In this document: in pieces, positions 43,496 to 53,454 of the stretch | Layout: the number at the start of each line of letters is the position of its first letter | How positions within the stretch are numbered: position 1 is the stretch's first letter | Assembly: GCA_963771885.1 (NCBI GenBank) | Contig: CAVYVF010000001.1 | Coordinates: 34,777-98,776 of the forward strand | Direction: 5' to 3' | Source: Candidatus Bathyarchaeota archaeon | GTDB lineage: Archaea > Thermoproteota > Bathyarchaeia > TCS64 | Length of the DNA stretch: 64,000 bases | Program-made: the position numbers and the translations under genes | Notes under the pieces: model-generated | Databases searched by the model: none | The model's input: the letters and a program-made list of their open reading frames with translations, nothing else | Told to the model about the DNA's origin: nothing

Positions 43496-43650
43496 ATGTC
43501 TGATGCCTTCCGGTAACAGTCGTGGCAACACTCCCCAACGTGGGGGACGTAGGCAATCAGATCACTCAACGGTTTGCCACAGACGCGACATACAGGAGAT
43601 ATGTCTCTAACCATTTAATTCGGGGTATTCTTGTTGAAGTTACTATTTAG
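43496..43650 (+). CDS. Possible small protein hidden by a one-base deletion
   Basis: AGGAGAGG SD then ATG; adding one C gives a 51-aa ORF MSDAFPVTVVATLP...VEVTI*. Confidence 0.3.
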
Positions 43651-43908
43651 ATTTAAAGGACAATTAATTCTTAATAAGGATTCATAAAAGGAGGTGAAGT
43701 TATGTGCTTTTCGCGCGCGCGGTCGAAGTAGTCAAGCGCATACGCCTCTATCCTCAATTGTACCGTTTGGGTTGGATGCCTTTGGCATCGTTTTACTCGG
43801 TGCCTCGGTCTTCGTCTTGTGGAAGAACCCTTAGTGTTTCCTCGGGTGCACGTGGAGTGAGGGCTTAGGAAGATGCTCCGAGCACAGTTCATATTTTCTT
43901 GTGTTGAT

Positions 43909-44385
43909 TCAGTCTCTAGCGAAGTGCTTGGTAACTTGGGCTTGATTCACTAAATAATTACTAATTTGTGTGTCTTGCTTATGCTCATGTTGCTTTGAAT
44001 GCTCAATTAGCCTGTCGACTGCGTCCTCTAGCTGTTCGAGGTTAGCAGGTTTTTCGAACACGCAGTTGAATAAGCTTAGTGAGTCGGGGGGTATAGCGTT
44101 TTTAAACCCTGTTAGTAGCACTAACCCGATTTTAGGAGTGGCGACTCTTAGCCCCGCGGCTAGCTCGTCTCCCTTCATATCGGGGAGCGAGTAGTCAATT
44201 ATTGCACAGGGGTATTTTCCGATATTGTTCTTTACGATGGCTGCTTCTCCGCAGTAGGATACTTCGACGCGGTAGCTCATGTTCAGAAAGGTTTCCTTGA
44301 GAAGGTCGACTATACGCCTATCATTGTCAACGATTAATAGTCGGCGCCCATGCGTTGGAGTTAAATGCGTACGACCTTCTAACAT
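43909..44385 (-). CDS. Single-domain response regulator (receiver)
   Basis: LLIVDND, IIDYSLPDMKG, LLTG, EKP. Confidence 0.88.
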   Translation of the reverse strand: MLEGRTHLTPTHGRRLLIVDNDRRIVDLLKETFLNMSYRVEVSYCGEAAIVKNNIGKYPCAIIDYSLPDMKGDELAAGLRVATPKIGLVLLTGFKNAIPPDSLSLFNCVFEKPANLEQLEDAVDRLIEHSKQHEHKQDTQISNYLVNQAQVTKHFARD

Positions 44386-44498
44386 CTCATTTTTTTTAAC
44401 ATATTATGTGAAGATAAGTAAAGTGGATTATTCATATGGATAATTCATCAGATGCAAACTCGGGGATACAGGCGCCTTTACGCGCGCATAAAGAGAAC

Positions 44499-44531
44499 CG
44501 TTTACAAATTATTTGTATACATTTGTAAACG
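44499..44531. promoter_or_regulatory. Inverted repeat, putative operator
   Basis: CGTTTACAAAT-N11-ATTTGTAAACG with a third ATTTGTA half-site in the spacer; lies between divergent genes. Confidence 0.5.
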
Positions 44532-44581
44532 TAGTTGCTTAATCGGTTATTAACGGTTTTTTACATGCCCTAAGAGGTATA

Positions 44582-44881
44582 ATGAAAATGAAGTTCATAT
44601 GGCACTGGGAGTGGAAGTGGGAGGACTACGACAAAGAGATGCACCAGTCTGAAGTGATGCGAAAAGCGATGGAGGAAGACCCTAAACAATTCCCCAAAAT
44701 GCTCACGAATACATGCTTCACAGAACGTGGAAAAGGCTTTAGACTCATCGAGGCAGAAAACGAGGAACAATTAATGAACCTAGCCTTACTTTGGTGGTCT
44801 GCTGAAAACTGGAGATTCGAACCTTACCTCGAAGCAGGGGAAAAGATGGGAAAAATTTGGGGTAAGTGGATTAAACGCTAA
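44582..44881 (+). CDS. DUF3303-like small protein
   Basis: KGFRLIEAENEEQL...FEP. Confidence 0.7.
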   Translation: MKMKFIWHWEWKWEDYDKEMHQSEVMRKAMEEDPKQFPKMLTNTCFTERGKGFRLIEAENEEQLMNLALLWWSAENWRFEPYLEAGEKMGKIWGKWIKR

Positions 44882-45049
44882 ACCAATCGATGCCATGAAG
44901 AATTGCTCTTTTGTTAATAAAAGTGTACAAACTCGAAGAGAGTAGATAATTTATAAGATTTTGACGCACATGCATACCTGATCCTAGATGAGGTTCAAAA
45001 TTGTTAATAATTAAATTACGAAGACTAAGTTGGCGCTGATGGGAGGATC

Positions 45050-46300
45050 TTGATGAATTATTTGAACGCGCTTGAAGGTTACGAGCTCAACAACCTATCG
45101 AAGCAGCTCGTAGGTCCAACGCTTGTGAGGGTCGACATTAACGTCCCAGTAAGGCAAGATGGACGGATAAATCGGGAGCACCCTAATCTAAGGCTCAAGA
45201 CATACGGTCGTATCCTGGATCTTTATTCAAGGTTCTCTCCTATCGTGGTGATGGCTCACCAGGGGAGGCGAGGCGAAAAGGACTTTGTAGAACTCAGCGA
45301 CCACTACAATGTACTCGGCACCGTAATAAGACACGGCAAGGTTGAATTCGAATCATTTGTCGAAGCCGAAGAATATCTAACGGGCAGGCTTGCGAGAAGG
45401 ATAAAGAACCTGAAGAAGGGCGAGATCCTGCTTCTCGATAACATGAGGTATATGGACTGTGAGGAGAAATTCGACGCTCAGACGTGCCCATACATAGAAT
45501 TCTTCAAGAAGGCTGGAATAAAGACCTGTGTTAACGATGGATTACCTCTCTGGCACCGTGCAAATTCGAGTGTGATGGCCCTTCCACATATTGCCAAGAC
45601 ATACGTTGGGGTGAGGTCCCACTATGAGCTTGGAATTCAAGAGGGTTTGATGGATAGTGAGAATGGGGGAGATAAGGCGATCGTGATCGGGGGTAAGAAG
45701 CCAAAGTTTGAGGCTATTCCAAGGCTGGCAAGCAAGATGGACTTGTTCACTGGAGGCCTGACTGCGACTCAGGTGCTTCGAATGCAGGGGGTTAAGCTTG
45801 GAGAGAGTAATATGAAGCTCTTGGAGAAACTCTACAGTAAGCCTAAGGAGAACGAGTTACTCGCAGAGATTGTGAAAAAGTTTAACATCGAAACGCCGAA
45901 GGACTTCGTCATTCAGGATGGGGTGAACATCATCAAGGACGTGCCAGTATCGGAGCTTTGCAAGCATCCAGATGCCTTGATTAAGGATGTAGGCATGGCG
46001 ACAGTTGACTATTACTCGGATAAGTTGCAGGCTTATGAGAGGAGGATCAGGGCAGGTCCGATGGGGGTTTATGAGGAGGGCTTCAACAATGGTTCCGAGC
46101 TAGTTAGGTCGATTGTTGGCCCAGGCTTTATCGCTGTAGGCGGCGACACAGTGGAGGAGCTGCAGGACAACGAGTTGGGGGACCCAATCATCGCGGCGGG
46201 TGGGACTGTGCTTCTTGGTGGAGGCGCACACCTTGATGGCTGGGCAGGCGACCCATACCCTTCGGTGGACGAGTTGTTGAAATTGCAGAAACACTCGTGA
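45050..46300 (+). CDS. pgk: Phosphoglycerate kinase-like protein (divergent)
   Basis: LVRVDINVP, AHQGR, LLDNMR, ND...HRANSS, GG.K, DVG, GPMGVYE, GGDT, GGGA. Confidence 0.8.
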   Translation: MMNYLNALEGYELNNLSKQLVGPTLVRVDINVPVRQDGRINREHPNLRLKTYGRILDLYSRFSPIVVMAHQGRRGEKDFVELSDHYNVLGTVIRHGKVEFESFVEAEEYLTGRLARRIKNLKKGEILLLDNMRYMDCEEKFDAQTCPYIEFFKKAGIKTCVNDGLPLWHRANSSVMALPHIAKTYVGVRSHYELGIQEGLMDSENGGDKAIVIGGKKPKFEAIPRLASKMDLFTGGLTATQVLRMQGVKLGESNMKLLEKLYSKPKENELLAEIVKKFNIETPKDFVIQDGVNIIKDVPVSELCKHPDALIKDVGMATVDYYSDKLQAYERRIRAGPMGVYEEGFNNGSELVRSIVGPGFIAVGGDTVEELQDNELGDPIIAAGGTVLLGGGAHLDGWAGDPYPSVDELLKLQKHS

Positions 46301-46446
46301 CCAAACGCTTGCAAGCTCGATGATCCGAAGTTGAGTCAGTTAAATGGGTATACTGTTCCTGCGAATATTATTTTTAAGGGAAGGAGGCTGAGAGTGCCTT
46401 TTTCGGGGTTAAGAGCGCATTTGATTAACTAATCATTGAGCTTGGG

Positions 46447-46704
46447 TTAGAAAGGACACACACACGCGGGGATACCGTTTGAGGCGTGGAATTTTAACAG
46501 GTAGTTCTGAGCTGGCTTGAATGAATAGTCCTGCACGTCATCGATCCTAATTATCACTGGCGGTTGTTTTCCTACGTTGTGATCTGTTGGGCTTGTTTCG
46601 CTTGATCTCTGGACTAAGCCAGCTGAGTAGAATCCGATGACTGCGCTACTTGTAACCAGGATGGCGATTGTAGCAGCTAGTATGATTCTCTCTATAGGCG
46701 CCAA
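46447..46704 (-). pseudogene. N-terminal fragment of a polysaccharide deacetylase/DUF2334-like protein
   Basis: TM then VIIRIDDVQD..LLKFH..GIPA, cut off by the GCGTGTGTGTGT tract. Confidence 0.6.
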
Positions 46705-46881
46705 GGTGGAGCAAAATAGGATGGTTGGGGAAAAGGATAATGGATTAATAATATTAGGAAACCCCTGCCAACATCTATTGACAAACCAGATTCCGGGTTA
46801 GGGGTTTAACCAGTATAGGGCCTACGCGTTCCTATCTGTAGTTCGTAAAGTAGAATATGGGGGAGAGGTAGTATTCTCCTA

Positions 46882-47202
46882 ATGGTAGAATTCACATACA
46901 TCCTGGTCTCGGGGGCCTTATTCACAATTGGTCTACTTGGAGATGTGATCACGACTTTATGGAGTTCTAGATACCCGGATATTTCCGTAAAGTATCCTTT
47001 TCAGAGATGGTTCATTGAAAAGGGGCTCTATACGGTAAGTCATATTGCTTTGCTTGTAACTGGCCTAATTCTTCTCTACATGTTCCGTAATGACCTGATC
47101 ATGATTATTGGCATCGCATTATTAGGGCTGGGACTACTTATTCCAACGTATTCTAATCTAAGAGCTATTAAGAAATCCAATAAGTTAGGTAAACATTCGT
47201 GA
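46882..47202 (+). CDS. Small membrane protein (DUF5658-like)
   Basis: Three TM; GDVITT.W motif. Confidence 0.6.
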   Translation: MVEFTYILVSGALFTIGLLGDVITTLWSSRYPDISVKYPFQRWFIEKGLYTVSHIALLVTGLILLYMFRNDLIMIIGIALLGLGLLIPTYSNLRAIKKSNKLGKHS

Positions 47203-47300
47203 AATAAGCCAGTGGCTTCGCTCGCGTGTGGTCATTTCTTTTCTAGTGCACGCGCGCCACGTATATGTCCTCACTATAGCCGCACGCACTCAATCACACT

Positions 47301-48257
47301 TTACCTTAGAATATGCTCCTTGCCTTCGAGGAACTTCTTGACATCGGCGATGGTTGGGATCGCCTCTATGTCGCCTCGAACAGTTATACTGAGCGCCCCC
47401 GTTGCATTCGCAAACTCCAGAGTCTCATCGAGATCCATACCTCTCATCCTACATGCTAGGAAGGCGGCGTCGAATGCGTCGCCGGCACCCGTGACGTCGA
47501 CGACAGGCACTTTGAAGGCTTCTCTCATCGATGTTTCTCCATCCCTTGTGGCCACGTATGCTCCTCGCTCACCCATCTTGATGACGGCTGTGTCCACCCC
47601 CATGTCCAGGTATCTTTTAGCCGCGAAGGCGGGTTCTCCCTCCCCCAGCAGTATCTCCGAGTCCTGGATGTCAGTGAATAGCACATTCGTCTTGGAGAGG
47701 TACGGGGTTATGACTTTCCTAGCCTCATCAGGGGACCAGAGTTTCAGTCGAATATTCGTATCAAAAGATACTTGCACTCTTGACCCATGAGCGATCTCGA
47801 TTGCCTTATCCACCGTCTTCCTGCAGGATTCGCTCAGTGCTAGGGTAACCCCGGTCGTGTGGAAGACCTTGGCGGAGGCTAGGTACTCTACGTCGATGTC
47901 CTCGGGCGCCAGCTTACTAGCCGCGGATCCCTTCCGATAGTAGTATATCACGCTCTTACCTGGTATCGGGTAGTCTCTCTGCACGAAGTATAGCCCAGTC
48001 GGCGCACCGGCGTCGAACCTAACCTTTGATACATCGACGCCCTCCCCCCTGAGGAAGCCGTGGATGTACCTGCCCAACTCTTCGTCGCCTAGCTTGCTTA
48101 TCCACCCGGCAGAGTAGCCCATCCTGACCATGCCCACGGCTACGTTGGACTCCGTTCCTGCGGCGTGCTTCTCGAAGTAGTTCACGTATCTGAGCGGCCC
48201 CGAGGTGAAGGCGTTCAACTGAATCATCGTTTCACCCATAGAAACTAGGTCAACCAA
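47301..48257 (-). CDS. kdgK: 2-keto-3-deoxygluconate kinase (PfkB family)
   Basis: AGTESNVA, YYRKGSAAS, SFDTNIRLKLW, DVTGAGDAF. Confidence 0.85.
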   Translation of the reverse strand: MVDLVSMGETMIQLNAFTSGPLRYVNYFEKHAAGTESNVAVGMVRMGYSAGWISKLGDEELGRYIHGFLRGEGVDVSKVRFDAGAPTGLYFVQRDYPIPGKSVIYYYRKGSAASKLAPEDIDVEYLASAKVFHTTGVTLALSESCRKTVDKAIEIAHGSRVQVSFDTNIRLKLWSPDEARKVITPYLSKTNVLFTDIQDSEILLGEGEPAFAAKRYLDMGVDTAVIKMGERGAYVATRDGETSMREAFKVPVVDVTGAGDAFDAAFLACRMRGMDLDETLEFANATGALSITVRGDIEAIPTIADVKKFLEGKEHILR

Positions 48258-48935
48258 CTACTTCACCGCCCTCGCCTTACTGATCCACGTAATGCAGCGC
48301 TCTACACTTTCCCTAATCTCCCCATACCTGCGCTCGGCCATCAACTCCCTGCTAATAAGCGCTGAGCCCATGTTCACGGCAGCCGCGCCCGCCTTAACCC
48401 ACTCCGCGACATTCTGCTCGCTTAGGGTGATTCCTCCGGATGGCATCAGCAGTGTCTGCGGCGATGGACCTCTGAGGTCTCTGACGAATTCGGGACCTAA
48501 GACGCTGGCTGGGAACAGCTTCACGATCTCTGCCCCCAGTTCCTCCGCCTCAGATATCTCGCTGGGTGTCTGGCAGCCTGGGATATACAACACTTTTCGG
48601 CGGTTGCAGAGCCTAGCTATTTCTGGGCTGAAGGAGGGACCTACTATGAAGTTTGCTCCAGAGTTAATGTAGAGGGCTGCTGTTGGGGCGTCGACCACTG
48701 TGCCTGCCCCTAGGACAGCGTCGGGCAGCTCATCGTCAAGGCGCTTCGACAAGACGTTGAAGACGGCGATGGCCCTGTCGCCTCGATTCGTGAACTCGAT
48801 CAGCCGCGCCCCTCCTTCGACGCAGGCACGCGTGACTCCAGCGGCGATCTCGATGTCCCCATTATAGAAGACGGGAACAAGCCCGACCCGGAGGGCCTCC
48901 CCGACAACCCTATGTCTCAAAAACCTTGCCATCAA
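48258..48935 (-). CDS. eda: KDPG/KHG aldolase, bacterial Eda type
   Basis: IEFTNRGD, GAGTV, PGCQTPSEI, VKLFP, MPSGG. Confidence 0.88.
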   Translation of the reverse strand: MMARFLRHRVVGEALRVGLVPVFYNGDIEIAAGVTRACVEGGARLIEFTNRGDRAIAVFNVLSKRLDDELPDAVLGAGTVVDAPTAALYINSGANFIVGPSFSPEIARLCNRRKVLYIPGCQTPSEISEAEELGAEIVKLFPASVLGPEFVRDLRGPSPQTLLMPSGGITLSEQNVAEWVKAGAAAVNMGSALISRELMAERRYGEIRESVERCITWISKARAVK

Positions 48936-49111
48936 ACCACGGCTCTACTTCGGTCAATCGATTCTTTAAAACATCGTATGCGCAGCGCGCACCAACAGCA
49001 TTCCCATACGCTTGGGATTCCGGGGTAATAGATGCGCATCTGCGATTAGCGGAGTTCTACTTGTATAAGACTATAAGACCCATTCACTATGGTAATGATG
49101 GCTGTTCAACA

Positions 49112-49501
49112 TTGGTAAAATTCTGGTTTGACCATCTACATTTGGTTGTCCCCGACCCTGAGAGAGTAGCTGATTTCTTTGCAAAGGCCTTCGGAGCCGA
49201 GAAGGTTTCCACGGATAAGCTGCCTGATGGGCGTATCCGGGCAGAGCTTCGCATCTCCGGTGGCAGGATGATTATAAACACCCCTCAGCCGAAGGATACC
49301 CGCGTACAGGATAACCCGCAGGGCCGCTACGGAACTGAGCACTTCGGAATGAAGGTGGATAACCTGGAGAAAGCGCTCCAGCAGTGTCGAGATGCAGGCG
49401 GAAGAGTAACGATGGAACCTATACAGATACGGCCGGGTACGCGGATCGCCTTTTTCATGGGACCCGAAAACGTCCTAGTGGAACTCCTCGAAGCGAAGTA
49501 A
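49112..49501 (+). CDS. VOC (glyoxalase/bleomycin resistance) family protein
   Basis: FDHLHLVV, EHFGMKV, FMGPENVLVELLE. Confidence 0.88.
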   Translation: MVKFWFDHLHLVVPDPERVADFFAKAFGAEKVSTDKLPDGRIRAELRISGGRMIINTPQPKDTRVQDNPQGRYGTEHFGMKVDNLEKALQQCRDAGGRVTMEPIQIRPGTRIAFFMGPENVLVELLEAK

Positions 49502-49779
49502 CCACAACCAACGCGTCTAAATTTCTAGCTAGAGGGCAAGGGAATTGCATCCATCTACTCTTTGAGAGAATTATTTGGGGGCCTTCCGGCCCCTTATTAA
49601 AAGATGGCTGGCTGTCGGACCTAAATGGAGAGTATGGATCTTCCGACAAAGAAAGCATGGTTTCTGTACTCTTACCCCTTTTCAAATAATTATCTAATAA
49701 TATTTTTCATCTAGGCTTTAACTTAATTAGATTGCCACGGCGCACTATAGTAACTAGTCAAACTACTCGAGCATCAGCT

Positions 49780-49889
49780 TCGAAGCGAAGATCAGCTACG
49801 AGTTCCTAGTAGTCCTCGACGACCTTCTCTCACCTCTCCGTCGTGAAGTACCTCCCTCCATCATCCGCCCTAAGGTAGTTGCTTGTTCA
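49780..49889 (-). pseudogene. Decayed C-terminal fragment of a wHTH protein
   Basis: SNYLRADDGGRYFTTER*EKVVEDY*ELV (YxTTExG wing motif with two stops); starts next to GCGCGCGC 49890. Confidence 0.45.
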
Positions 49890-49962
49890 GCGCGCGCATC
49901 CAATCATCTTCTTAGTATTAAATGGAAGTGAGGATAAGAAAAAAAGTCTATGCGCATACAAC

Positions 49963-50690
49963 CTACTCTACCCTTCTCCCACATTGAGAACAAAAAACAC
50001 TATTCGCAGTTAGAGAGCCGCCACAATATTTACAAAAACTTGGTTTTTGAACCTGATTTAGAGTTGGAGTGGTCGCAGTCGTCGACTTTTCGCGGATCTT
50101 AGCGGGCATTTGTACAGTTGGATCTTTTTTCGAAATTTCTAGAAGAATAGTTTCCACCCACTCATGCTTACCCTCATCGGAAACAACATTCATGAGAGGC
50201 CCAACTACGGGTTTCCCAATTCCAATAAGCACGTTAGCAGCAAATGGGCTCGCGTCCACGTTTCCAAGCAACTTTACAAGTTAGGGATGAAGGGCTCTAA
50301 GGAAGGACCCCCAAAATTCAGTAAAGTAACACCTGCGATTGCGCGAGTCTGTGGGCTTTTATTAGATAAGGTATCTATCAAACCCGAAATAATTATTGGT
50401 AGAGTATTGTTCTTCGTCTTCCCCATCTCGTTTAACGCCGTAGCTGCGAAGGTCTTTTTTGAATCGTCGCCTAGGGCATCTAATAATGCGGGTATTGCTG
50501 GTTCACCCATTTCACTTAATAATATTGCAGCATAGGCATTCCGACTTGGGTCTCCTAGAACATTGATCAGTTGCGGGATAGCCGCTTTTCCAATCGTCTT
50601 TAGCATACGTATTGCGCTTGCTCGTGAATCTTCATCAGCTAAATTTTTTATCTCGTAAGCGATCGAACGATCTCTAAATCCGTTAAACAT
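49963..50690 (-). CDS. HEAT-repeat protein with C-terminal zinc ribbon (one frameshift at ~50280)
   Basis: IGKAAIPQLI, MGEPAIPALL repeats; adding one C joins to LVKLLG...FCKYCG..FCSQCG. Confidence 0.78.
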
Positions 50691-50999
50691 AGTGTTACTC
50701 CCCTCTACTGATTCTTTGTTTAAGAAATAAATAAAATATGTGAATATTTGGATCAGTGGAGTGATTGTTATTTTGCGCGCACTGCTTACACCCAAGACTT
50801 AAAGTGGAATACCGGGGTACCCCATTCTCTCAGTTGTATTTGCCTTATTTATTTCGATAATAATATTATACCGAGGGAAATATCTACGCGCACCTAACTG
50901 AGGCTAAAGTTTATGCACTTATGAAAAGTCCCAGCGCGCAACTTGTGGAGAGGCGAGTGGATATTTAATAACCGCCGAAAAAATGAACTACCGAGGAAG

Positions 51000-51467
51000 A
51001 TGGATAGAAAAGCAATAATCATTTTCTTAATCCTTTTAGCAGTTGCATCGACGCAAGTGGATGTTTATGCGGATATACCATCAACCTTAAGCATCACACG
51101 AAGAAGCGAAGGCGGCAATCTTTTAATTGACGTGAGGGTTCGCCACGCTGACCCAACGCCGAGCCATTTTATTGCGCAGATCAATGTGGACCTAGATGGA
51201 ACGGTGAAGGCGTTCACAGATCTCACGAAGGCGACGAGCGTCGAGGCAACCTATACTGTTAACCTTGGTCCGGTTAGCCCCAAGTTGATTAAAGCTCAGG
51301 CAGTGTGTAATACTCACGGTCCCGGGGGATACTTGTCTGAAACCGGTGGTGGAGGATCAGCGGGCGGAGGCGGGATTCCCGCTTATCCCAATGAGTCGAT
51401 CATAGCGGGCATCGGGTTGGGAGTCGCCGCAATTGTCATTCTAACAAAGTTCAGACCAGTGAACTAG
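51000..51467 (+). CDS. Secreted superoxide-reductase/desulfoferrodoxin-like domain protein with C-terminal sorting signal
   Basis: Signal peptide; VRH...SHFI...CNTHG; GGGGIPAYPNE-TM-KFR. Confidence 0.65.
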   Translation: MDRKAIIIFLILLAVASTQVDVYADIPSTLSITRRSEGGNLLIDVRVRHADPTPSHFIAQINVDLDGTVKAFTDLTKATSVEATYTVNLGPVSPKLIKAQAVCNTHGPGGYLSETGGGGSAGGGGIPAYPNESIIAGIGLGVAAIVILTKFRPVN

Positions 51468-51525
51468 TAAGTTTTGTTTCCATAAGTGAAAAGGCGTTCC
51501 TAGTTCGCTGAGGCGAGGGGCGACG

Positions 51526-52042
<517 letters not shown>

Positions 52043-52095
52043 CGCGTGCATTAGAGGAGATTATTTAATGTATAAAATGGGATAAGCTACATCTG

Positions 52096-52503
52096 TTGCA
52101 CTTGTCTAGATCACCGAAGGTTTTCCCCACGATCACTAAGACGGTCTTACTGCTTAACGGCCTAGGGGACATTCTCCTAGGGTTAGGTATGCTACTCGCA
52201 GCCGAGCAATTCGCTTCGCTGCTGAACTTCGAATACTCGCCCGAGTTACAGTACCTCGCCGGGGGATGGGGTATAGCGACGCTGGCTCTAGGTGGATGGC
52301 GGGTAGTCTCGAGCAGGAGCAGCAGCCCGGATTTCGTATCTTATACCGTTATCTTCGGTCTGTTTGAGGCTGGCTTGCTTAGCCTTTTCGAGGTTATGAT
52401 GGTGGTGTTGGGGGTGCTGAGTCTTCAGCAGGTGTCTCTGGGGCTTGGGTTCTCCTCGTTCTTCGCCTTAGCGTACCTATTCTGTATCATCAATAGCCGA
52501 TGA
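52096..52503 (+). CDS. Hypothetical membrane protein
   Basis: Four TM segments. Confidence 0.65.
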   Translation: MHLSRSPKVFPTITKTVLLLNGLGDILLGLGMLLAAEQFASLLNFEYSPELQYLAGGWGIATLALGGWRVVSSRSSSPDFVSYTVIFGLFEAGLLSLFEVMMVVLGVLSLQQVSLGLGFSSFFALAYLFCIINSR

Positions 52504-52560
52504 AAGAATAAATTAGCCGCACTGATACGCGATCTTGTAGAAACGAAGTCGCGTGCCGTT

Positions 52561-52902
52561 TTATTTAGCCGTGTAGTCCACGGTCTGGGACATCAAGTGT
52601 AGCTGATGTGTGCCGGGTATGATGATGTTGAAGAACTCCTCCGGGAACGTCTTAAGCTTGTCGTCCTTCATCATCATCTCAAATACCTTATTCCAGTCGC
52701 CGAAGTCATCCATCTCCCAGATCTCGAAGGAGTACCCCCACGTCCCGAAGGTTTCCGTGAAGGTTCTGTAGGACTTTACCATACGGAACTTGGCGGGGTC
52801 GCTTTTCAGAACCCCTTCGAGTCGCTGCAGAAGCGCGTTGTTGGCCGCTATCTTGTCAGGCTTTACTACGTAGGTTTCAACGACGAACACGTTCATACAC
52901 AT
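52561..52902 (-). CDS. NIPSNAP-like/dimeric alpha-beta barrel protein
   Basis: VFVVETYVVKPDK, EIWEMDD. Confidence 0.7.
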   Translation of the reverse strand: MCMNVFVVETYVVKPDKIAANNALLQRLEGVLKSDPAKFRMVKSYRTFTETFGTWGYSFEIWEMDDFGDWNKVFEMMMKDDKLKTFPEEFFNIIIPGTHQLHLMSQTVDYTAK

Positions 52903-53074
52903 TCATCCTCGTGGCGCTTCTGATCTCTTGAAAAATTGATTTATCATCTATGTTTACATATGTATTCAATCGCGCGTGCACGCGCAGTGAAATGTTCTCA
53001 GTGCACGAGAGCATCTTTTAGCCATAGTTAAATCCTCGGGTTCACTAGGAAACTCGAAGAGCGTTTCAGCTTCG

Positions 53075-53320
53075 GTGATGGTTGTGCGTAAGAGGTCTGG
53101 GACGGAGGATCGTATACCAATCAGTCCTCTTGAACCTCAGATGGTTCTTGCTGATGCGGATGGGGTAGTCAAGGGAGGCTCGTTGATCATCGGCGGCCAA
53201 AAAGGGGTTTCCGTTGCTCTGGATGAGAGACTTCTGTTCTCCGTTACTGTTCTGGTGGGAATCGTTATGCTTGTCGCTTTCATGTATTGGGTATACGCAG
53301 TCTCACTGACCACATTTTAG
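53075..53320 (+). CDS. Small hypothetical protein with C-terminal TM
   Basis: 81-aa ORF, one TM. Confidence 0.45.
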   Translation: MMVVRKRSGTEDRIPISPLEPQMVLADADGVVKGGSLIIGGQKGVSVALDERLLFSVTVLVGIVMLVAFMYWVYAVSLTTF

Positions 53321-53454
53321 TGTTCAGCACTCAGGTACTCGTGCAACGATTATCGCTCGTTTAGTGGCGGTTGTGGGACGGTAAACTGCTGGCGTAAAAG
53401 TAAATGAAGTCTACTTCTGAATCCCCATCTCTTGAGCTAGGCCGATACTTAATC

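Noticed and set aside
43520..43585. Nested stem GTGGCAA...TTGCCAC as riboswitch or tRNA
   Set aside because: No tRNA T-loop or known aptamer consensus; better explained by a small frameshifted ORF with an SD.
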